Source: an uncultured bacterium (GTDB lineage: Bacteria > Patescibacteriota > Minisyncoccia > Phycocordibacterales > UBA918). Taken from it: a stretch of 64,000 bases of DNA. The notes under the pieces were generated by a model. The model made no database searches. It was not told the origin of the DNA and worked only from the letters and a program-made list of their open reading frames with translations. The translations under genes and the position numbers were made by a program. The stretch spans positions 2,638 to 66,637 of the forward strand of contig CATMPJ010000002.1 in the NCBI GenBank assembly GCA_950073265.1, read 5' to 3'. Shown here piece after piece: positions 57,203 to 64,000 of this stretch; positions within the stretch are counted from its first letter, which is position 1; the number at the start of each line of letters is the position of its first letter.

Positions 57203-59533
57203 ATGCCAAAGAAGGAGGCGGATGGAAAATCTGTAGCTAAAAAGTCTACAGTTAAGAAAACTCAAAAGAAGAAGGCGACAAAAAGGGTCGCTGCTAAAAC
57301 GGTAAAAAAGCCAACACCTAAGAAAGCTGCTACAAAGAAAATGACAAAAAAGGTCGCTAAGAAAACATCGACTGCAAAAAAGAGTAATAAATTACCGCAA
57401 CCGCAAAGTAAACCAAACAATCGACAAGAAGTGCAAAAAATAGCTCTAGAACAGCTATTCAAAAAACCTGATAACGGGGAAGCGGTCCTAAATTCTGAAA
57501 AAGAAACGACGCTGCCCTCAAATATGAGTGTACGAAGTATTGAAAAAACATTGGCAATACATACGCTCTTGAGTGATTCTGTTGCCGAAAAAGTTCGCCG
57601 TGGCGCATATGGACTGTCGTTTGTTTTCATATTATTTGGTTCACTATACTCGCTCCAGCAGGTTGTCGCTGTAGCTGCTCAAACAAACACTCAATTAGCC
57701 AACCTGATTGACTCAACCAGCTCTTCGTCAAAAGATATTTCGGAAACTGTAAAACAATCAATAGAACCTGAATTGCTCCGGGCTCCACAGTTTCCACAAA
57801 TACTTGATTCCAAAGATACTTTCACTTTCTCCCTCTTGAATGCAGACAGAGCGGAGGTTATCGTTCAAAATATAAAAACAGGGAATAAGATAACCATAGA
57901 GGGAAAGGCCCTTTCTTCTGACAAATATGAATTCAGTGTCTCACCAGAGGTGTTAGATGTCGGCAGTTATGAAGTACGGATAGCGGCGCTCACAAGATAT
58001 GGAGTAACTGATTTTCCAGCTGGAAGATTTACAGTTTCTTCTAATAGTGAGATTGAAATAAATGAAGAAAGTGACCGTCCACAAACGGAGGAGAATATTG
58101 AAAGTGAAGAAGCACAACCCGACTCGGTAGTAGACAACAAGACATTTGATTTGGTACTCACTGCAAAGACAATTAAAGCACCAACAATGCTGTCAGTGTT
58201 GGCACCAGCAAACATTACTAACGTAAAATTATTCGGCTTGCGAGAAGATTCGTACACCACGCAACCATTAGGTGGAACTGTTAGAAAAACTGAAGACGGC
58301 TGGCGAGTCTTCTTCGATGTAAAAAATATACCGAACGGGACTTATGAACTTTTTGTTACAGGTTTGCGTAACGGTGTGGAAGTTAAAAGTGTGGGTAAGG
58401 AAGTCGTAATTGCCAAGCCATCGTTAGCGACTAGTTATGCTACAGCAAAATCTGAGGACGAGGACGTTAGCCAGGCAACTACCAGCAGCCAGCAACAAGT
58501 CCAGTCAGTTCTTGTAGTCAGTGAAGGTCAGCCAGTGCAAGCAATGTCGAGAAATTTTTCTGAGATTACGTTGCTACCAGAGATCGACCGCGAGTCTGAT
58601 ACTGAAAGCGTCGTCACAAAACTTTTGCAGTCAGAAAGAATAGATTTAGAAAATTTACTCAGAAACTATTCTGTTGCAGCACAGTCTAACAATGAAATTA
58701 CCAAGCGGTTAGCAGTAGAGTCTCTGGATGCGTATGTGGCTCGTTTGCAAGAAAAAGACGAAGCAACTGTGGCTTCGGCTCAAGGTAAGATTGCGGATAG
58801 GGTACTCTCATTGCGTAATAAAATTGATACTTTTGAGACACTCCGTCGAAGTAAAAGTAGTGAAGCAACCGCAATTGATTCTGATGGAGACGGCATCTCT
58901 GACCTAGACGAACGCACTTTGTTTAATACCGATCCGGACAATCCAGATACAGATGAAGATGGTGTTATAGATGGAATCGAAGTTATGCGAGGTTACAACC
59001 CAGCTGATGGGGCTTCTGAAGCTAATGTAATGTACGAATCACCTAGAGAAAGCATTGGCTTAACCTACAAGGATGATTTGAGAGTGGTACGGGTGAGTCC
59101 ATATGTCGTTGCCGAGCCAGATGCTGGGAAAGTGGTACAAGCAAGTATTGTCGGACAAGCATTACCGAATTCGTACGTAACACTATACATTTTTAGTACA
59201 CCAACGATTATTACCGTCAAAACTGATGATACCGGAGCATTTGAATACATTTTCACTAATGAGTTAGAGGATGGAAAACACGACGTATATGTAGCAATGA
59301 CTGACAATGCTGGAAAAATCGTTGCCCAAAGTGAGCCCTTTACCTTTGTGAAAGAAGCGGAAGCCTTTACAACCGGCTCCTTTAGTGATGGTCCTGCAGG
59401 GACTTCAGATTATATTTTAGATAATCAATATAGCTTGGCGTTAGGGTTGGGGGTTTTGTCGCTCGGTGTTGTGCTATTTATGTTAGGTATTGGTTTGCGT
59501 CGTGAAGAGCCGGTCTTAGTAACAGGGTCATGA
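57203..59533 (+). CDS. large two-TM envelope protein: cytoplasmic Lys/Ala-rich histone-H1-like tail, TM, ~600-aa extracytoplasmic Ig-like region with thrombospondin-type-3-like Ca-binding Asp repeats, C-terminal TM
   Basis: AKKSTVKKTQKKKATKRVAAKTVKKPTPKKAATKKMTKKVAKK; TM GAYGLSFVFILFGSLYSL; DSDGDGISDLDERTLFNTDPDNPDTDEDGVIDGIE; C-terminal LALGLGVLSLGVVLFMLGIGL. Confidence 0.5.
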   Translation: MPKKEADGKSVAKKSTVKKTQKKKATKRVAAKTVKKPTPKKAATKKMTKKVAKKTSTAKKSNKLPQPQSKPNNRQEVQKIALEQLFKKPDNGEAVLNSEKETTLPSNMSVRSIEKTLAIHTLLSDSVAEKVRRGAYGLSFVFILFGSLYSLQQVVAVAAQTNTQLANLIDSTSSSSKDISETVKQSIEPELLRAPQFPQILDSKDTFTFSLLNADRAEVIVQNIKTGNKITIEGKALSSDKYEFSVSPEVLDVGSYEVRIAALTRYGVTDFPAGRFTVSSNSEIEINEESDRPQTEENIESEEAQPDSVVDNKTFDLVLTAKTIKAPTMLSVLAPANITNVKLFGLREDSYTTQPLGGTVRKTEDGWRVFFDVKNIPNGTYELFVTGLRNGVEVKSVGKEVVIAKPSLATSYATAKSEDEDVSQATTSSQQQVQSVLVVSEGQPVQAMSRNFSEITLLPEIDRESDTESVVTKLLQSERIDLENLLRNYSVAAQSNNEITKRLAVESLDAYVARLQEKDEATVASAQGKIADRVLSLRNKIDTFETLRRSKSSEATAIDSDGDGISDLDERTLFNTDPDNPDTDEDGVIDGIEVMRGYNPADGASEANVMYESPRESIGLTYKDDLRVVRVSPYVVAEPDAGKVVQASIVGQALPNSYVTLYIFSTPTIITVKTDDTGAFEYIFTNELEDGKHDVYVAMTDNAGKIVAQSEPFTFVKEAEAFTTGSFSDGPAGTSDYILDNQYSLALGLGVLSLGVVLFMLGIGLRREEPVLVTGS

Positions 59534-60867
59534 TTTCAAAAGTGCTCTGGTATATTCAAAACGGTGCTGTTGCACTTACGCTTCACACTAAATTCATCTT
59601 GATAATTTTGGTGATTTTTTTATTTCCACTGGGATTTTTGTTCTCAGTGCAAACCATTCAGCAAGTTGCCGACAACAATACTAAGACAGTGCAAAAAGAA
59701 TCAGTTGCTGTACTGCACGAAGCTTTACAGATTGGTCCACTGAAAGAAAACACCGCGCGGCTTTTGGCAGAAGAATTCAATTCACCCACCACCCTACAGG
59801 TTTATAAAACCGATGATTTAAATCAAACTGAGCTCCAGTTTTCATCAGGAGAGAATGCTGCTCCAATTGACTTGCACCTCCTTGTAACTACTCCCAGCGA
59901 TGGTTCCGTGTACATATATGAGCAAGAAGAGAACGGAGCTCGAGTTTGGTATGCAGTTTCTAAAATACGTACTGAAGGACATCTATACACTATTGCCAGT
60001 ATCCATAACTACAGATTACTTGATCAAGTGTTAGCGAGCAGGATTCTTGATGTATATTGGTTTCTTGGACTTGGCTTACTCCTGCTTTTCTTGATTGCTT
60101 ATTGGTTGGTACGGCAGACAAACTGGGAGGCTAAGTATCAGTCAATTCAGACGAATCTGTCTCAACAAGAGCTTCTCATGGGTACGATTGCACACGAATT
60201 TAGGTCACCTTTAACGGCTATAGCTGGTAATCTGAGTTTTCTTCATGAGTCAAATCGTCTGCGACCAAAAGATAAAGAAACACTGCGCAGTATCGGTATG
60301 TCGACGCAACGCATGCTGCACTTAGTGAATGATTTTTTAGAGGTGTCCAAGATTCAATCTGGAAGAATAGATCTTACCTTTGAAAAGGTAAACCTGAACG
60401 AAGTCATTTATAGAGTTATTACTGAACAAGGAGTCTTGGCGGCAGAGAAAAGACTCATTCTACGCGACGCAACACAACGGAAAGACATTCAGCTTTTGAC
60501 CGATAAAAAACGTCTAGTGCAGGTGCTCACCAATATTGTAAATAATGCTCTTAAATATACGGAAAAGGGAAGCATTGTCATAACGTACGAAAGCAACCCG
60601 CTGTATGTTACCTTGCGTGTCCAAGACACTGGTACTGGTATTAGTGCTGCCGACAGGGATAAGTTGTTTGAGCCGTTCTCAAGAGTCGGTGGTGTCGAAA
60701 AAACAGCGGCGATGGGTAGCGGTCTCGGTATGTGGATCACCAAAAGACTAGTCGAAACACTCGGCGGTAAAATCGCAGTGGAATCTATTTCCGGCATTGG
60801 CACACACGTAGTCTTAAGGTTTGATACACGCAAGATTGCAGCAAAAGCTAGAGACGGTATACTGTAG
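59530..60867 (+). CDS. sensor histidine kinase (two TM, ~150-aa periplasmic loop, HisKA + HATPase_c)
   Basis: H-box IAHEFRSPLTAI, N-box NNALKYT, G-boxes DTGTGIS / GSGLGM; start overlaps previous gene by 4 nt. Confidence 0.8.
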   Translation: MISKVLWYIQNGAVALTLHTKFILIILVIFLFPLGFLFSVQTIQQVADNNTKTVQKESVAVLHEALQIGPLKENTARLLAEEFNSPTTLQVYKTDDLNQTELQFSSGENAAPIDLHLLVTTPSDGSVYIYEQEENGARVWYAVSKIRTEGHLYTIASIHNYRLLDQVLASRILDVYWFLGLGLLLLFLIAYWLVRQTNWEAKYQSIQTNLSQQELLMGTIAHEFRSPLTAIAGNLSFLHESNRLRPKDKETLRSIGMSTQRMLHLVNDFLEVSKIQSGRIDLTFEKVNLNEVIYRVITEQGVLAAEKRLILRDATQRKDIQLLTDKKRLVQVLTNIVNNALKYTEKGSIVITYESNPLYVTLRVQDTGTGISAADRDKLFEPFSRVGGVEKTAAMGSGLGMWITKRLVETLGGKIAVESISGIGTHVVLRFDTRKIAAKARDGIL

Positions 60868-60909
60868 GTACGCATATGCGACCCCTAGCACCATCTAGGG
60901 GCATACTAT

Positions 60910-63540
60910 ATGGATACAAAGAAAACAAAGACAGAAATGGCTGATGCAGCCGAAAAAATTATCGTAAAAGGAGCCAGGACTCACAATTTGAAGAATGTGA
61001 CAGTTGAAATGCCGCGCGGTAAAATGATTGCTGTTACGGGACCTTCTGGATCGGGAAAGTCGTCACTTGCTTTCGACACAATTTTCGCGGAAGGGCAGCG
61101 CCGCTATGTTGAATCGCTGTCTCCGTACGCCAGACAGTTTTTAAATAAAATGCAGAAACCCGATGTCGATGAGATTTCAGGGTTGTCGCCAGCGATTTCA
61201 ATTGATCAAAAGTCTGCTTCAAGGAATCCTCGATCTACAGTGGCCACGGTAACTGAAATCTATGATTATCTACGAATTTTGTACGCTCGTGTGGGTCAAC
61301 CATACTGTCTCGATGTTGATGTGCCAATTCAAAAACTTTCTCAAGATGAGATTTTGGGTATTATCCTCAAGTCAATCCAAGACAAAGAGGTAAAAGCAGC
61401 TACAAAAAAACAGACGTCTGAAGTAATGGGAATTGAAGTGTCAAAAGGACGCGTTACAGTCTTTGCGCCAGTTGTCGTCGGAAGGAAGGGAGAGTACTAC
61501 CAACTTTTGTATGATCTGCTGGCTAAGGGATACGAAACAGTAAAGATTGATGGTCAAGTCAAACAGCTTCGCGAAAAAATAGAACTTACCAAAACTAAGC
61601 GGCATGACATCGACGTGCTTGTTGATGAGATATACGTGAGCGAATTTACGAGTGACCCTAAAGGTTCCCAAGAACGTCTTTCGGAGGCGGTCGAGTTAGC
61701 CTTAACGGAAGCTAATGGTTTGGTAAAAATTGAAAGCCCCGATGGCGAAGAAAGAACGCTCTCAGCAAAATTCATCTGCCCGGTCGATGGATCGTCATTC
61801 CCGGAAGTTGAGCCACGCTTATTTTCATTTAATTCACCCTATGGAGCTTGCCCAGAATGTAATGGTCTTGGTGTGGTAGGAATATTTCAAAGTGATGAGT
61901 GTCCAGTGTGTAAAGGAGCACGTCTTCGCCCAGAGGCCTTGCGAGTGTATCTAGGTGGGGATGGTAAAAAAGACCTTGGTATCAACATTGTGGCGTTTAC
62001 AGCGCTGACGGTAGCAGAGGCTGCAGATTTTATAACCAATCTATCTTTAAGTAAAAAACAGCAAGAAATTGCATGGCCAGCACTACGCGAAATAATTGAA
62101 AGACTCGAATTCATGAAAGATGTCGGTATCGAATATCTGACATTAAATAGACGAGCCAACACGCTTTCAGGTGGGGAGGCTCAGCGCATAAGGTTGGCTT
62201 CGCAATTGGGCTCAGGTCTGGTGGGGGCTTTGTATGTACTCGATGAACCTTCAATTGGTTTACATCAACGGGACAACGATAAGCTTATCAAAACCCTCAA
62301 GGAGTTACGTGATCTGGGTAACACCATTATTGTTGTTGAACATGACGAAGACACCATCTACGCTGCAGACTATCTGGTTGATATTGGACCGGGAGCAGGT
62401 GTGCATGGCGGAGAAGTGGTGGTGGCAGATTATGTTGAGGACTTGTTGGAAGCTAAAACAAATCCGAGCAAATCAATAACGTTAGATTATTTACGCGGTG
62501 ATAAGAAGATTTCTATTCCAGAGCGTCGCACGAGTGAAAAGGGCAAGTTGATTATTAAGGGTGGTAAAGCGTTTAATATAAAAAATCTAAATATAGAGGT
62601 GCCGCTCGGCAAATTTATATGTATTACCGGCGTTTCAGGTTCCGGCAAGTCTACCTTTATGTATGAAATTGTCGACAAAAATCTTAAAGCTCGTTTAGAG
62701 AAAAAACATCGATCAGCCAAAACCTTTAACGCTACATCATTTACTGGAACTGAATACCTCGGCCGTTCAGTGTTAATAGACCAGTCACCAATCGGTCGGA
62801 CACCCCGTAGTAACCCAGCGACGTATACTGGTGCCTTTACGCACATTCGTGATTTGTTAGCTGCTACTAATGAAGCAAGAGCACGCGGGTGGAAACCTGG
62901 TCGATTTAGTTTCAACGTTAAGGGCGGACGTTGTGAAGCTTGTCAGGGCAATGGTGTTATTGCAGTTGAGATGCACTTCCTGCCGACGGTGTATGTGACC
63001 TGTGATGTTTGTGACGGTACACGCTTTACTAAGGAGACACTGGAGGTGACGTACAAAAAGAAAAATATCCACCAAATTCTCCATATGACCATTGAAGATG
63101 CATATACTTTCTTCAATGACATTCCCGCTATCGCCGAGCGGTTGAAGACATTACTAGATGTTGGGCTGGGATACTTGGAATTAGGGCAGAGTGCTACTAC
63201 GCTTTCTGGTGGCGAGGCACAGCGGGTGAAAATTGCTTCAGAGTTGTATCGGCAACATACGCAAAAAACAATCTATCTACTCGATGAACCGACTACCGGT
63301 TTGCATTATGAGGATGTTCGTAAGTTGATTGAAATCTTACAAGAGCTGGTGAACAAGGGTAATACCGTAATGGTGATTGAACATAATCTAGACTTGGTGA
63401 AATGCGCAGACTACATTATTGATATCGGGCCTGAAGGAGGAGCGGCTGGCGGTACGGTGGTTGCAAAAGGTACTCCTGAACAGGTAGCTGAGGTGGAAAA
63501 GTCTCATACTGGTCGTTATTTAAAGCGCGTACTGAAGTAA
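60910..63540 (+). CDS. uvrA: excinuclease ABC subunit A
   Basis: two ABC ATPase modules (GPSGSGKSS / GVSGSGKST), Zn-finger CxxC pairs, LSGGEAQR signatures. Confidence 0.95.
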   Translation: MDTKKTKTEMADAAEKIIVKGARTHNLKNVTVEMPRGKMIAVTGPSGSGKSSLAFDTIFAEGQRRYVESLSPYARQFLNKMQKPDVDEISGLSPAISIDQKSASRNPRSTVATVTEIYDYLRILYARVGQPYCLDVDVPIQKLSQDEILGIILKSIQDKEVKAATKKQTSEVMGIEVSKGRVTVFAPVVVGRKGEYYQLLYDLLAKGYETVKIDGQVKQLREKIELTKTKRHDIDVLVDEIYVSEFTSDPKGSQERLSEAVELALTEANGLVKIESPDGEERTLSAKFICPVDGSSFPEVEPRLFSFNSPYGACPECNGLGVVGIFQSDECPVCKGARLRPEALRVYLGGDGKKDLGINIVAFTALTVAEAADFITNLSLSKKQQEIAWPALREIIERLEFMKDVGIEYLTLNRRANTLSGGEAQRIRLASQLGSGLVGALYVLDEPSIGLHQRDNDKLIKTLKELRDLGNTIIVVEHDEDTIYAADYLVDIGPGAGVHGGEVVVADYVEDLLEAKTNPSKSITLDYLRGDKKISIPERRTSEKGKLIIKGGKAFNIKNLNIEVPLGKFICITGVSGSGKSTFMYEIVDKNLKARLEKKHRSAKTFNATSFTGTEYLGRSVLIDQSPIGRTPRSNPATYTGAFTHIRDLLAATNEARARGWKPGRFSFNVKGGRCEACQGNGVIAVEMHFLPTVYVTCDVCDGTRFTKETLEVTYKKKNIHQILHMTIEDAYTFFNDIPAIAERLKTLLDVGLGYLELGQSATTLSGGEAQRVKIASELYRQHTQKTIYLLDEPTTGLHYEDVRKLIEILQELVNKGNTVMVIEHNLDLVKCADYIIDIGPEGGAAGGTVVAKGTPEQVAEVEKSHTGRYLKRVLK

Positions 63541-63546
63541 TGAACG

Positions 63547-64000
63547 ATGAAAAAAGAAGATTTACATAGTTTGCAAATTCCTGATAATCCAGGCGTCTAT
63601 TTTTTTCTTGGTGTAAATAAAAAAATTTTGTATATCGGGAAGGCGACCTCGCTGCGAAATCGTGTTCGCAGTTACTTTGCGCTGGATATACGTGAGAAAA
63701 GATCTGAACTCATTGAGAATATGGTTCGGGAAGCAATTACGGTTGAGTGGACAGAAACGGAAAGTGTTCTAGAAGCATTGATTCTTGAAACGAATCTCAT
63801 TCGTTCGCACAAACCTCGCTATAATACTCGCAGCAAAGATGATAAGAGTTACAACCACCTGGTAATTACTAATGAGGAATGGCCGCGAGTGCTTGTGGTT
63901 CGAGCAAAAGATTTAACTGAGCAATTTACAAAAAAAGATATTAAATACGAATTCGGCCCTTTTCCAAACGGCGGCTTGTTTCGTGAGGCACTTAAAATAG
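63547..64000 (+). CDS. uvrC: excinuclease ABC subunit C, N-terminal GIY-YIG part (3' truncated by window end)
   Basis: GVYFFLGVNKKILYIGKATSLRNRVRSYF GIY-YIG motif; continues past position 64000. Confidence 0.8.
   Translation, partial: MKKEDLHSLQIPDNPGVYFFLGVNKKILYIGKATSLRNRVRSYFALDIREKRSELIENMVREAITVEWTETESVLEALILETNLIRSHKPRYNTRSKDDKSYNHLVITNEEWPRVLVVRAKDLTEQFTKKDIKYEFGPFPNGGLFREALKI

Overview
This 64 kb window reads as one contiguous chromosomal segment of a small-genome, moderately AT-rich bacterium. Compact genes, few Shine-Dalgarno sites, lone DsbA/OppA-type genes and many secreted proteins with peptidoglycan-binding, Gmad2, LRR or CAP domains suggest a Patescibacteria/CPR-like organism; that is an inference only. 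Confidently recognised housekeeping genes are tdk, a DEAD-box helicase, RNase J, secG, groES-groEL, lemA, htpX, typA/bipA, tgt, uvrB, uvrA and the uvrC N-terminus (cut by the window end). Also recognised are mltG, rluB/rsuA, corC, an FKBP isomerase, Hsp20, an AI-2E transporter, capA, umuD and umuC. Two tRNAs are supported: tRNA-Gln(CUG) and tRNA-Ser(GGA), the latter with encoded CCA. I found no rRNA, CRISPR array, transposase, integrase or restriction-modification system. Many intrinsic terminators, including bidirectional ones, and a few promoter-like sites can be read from the sequence. Items worth a second look are listed below. (1) A DsbA-like gene at 6012-6764 has its two thioredoxin half-domains in permuted order. 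(2) A tandem-receiver response regulator, an ~776-aa two-transmembrane protein with a Lys-rich histone-H1-like tail and Ca-binding repeats, and a histidine kinase lie consecutively between uvrB and uvrA. (3) Both the DEAD-box helicase and RNase J carry N-terminal Arg/Gly-rich extensions. (4) A GC-rich structured leader precedes secG. (5) There are several self-contained small hydrophobic-peptide transcription units. (6) umuD and umuC are split by a GH18 gene. (7) There are clusters of surface and host-interaction-like proteins: LRR, Gmad2, M23, beta-helix plus peptidoglycan-binding, CAP and DUF916-like. All functional calls rest on motif recognition by eye; no database search could be run.
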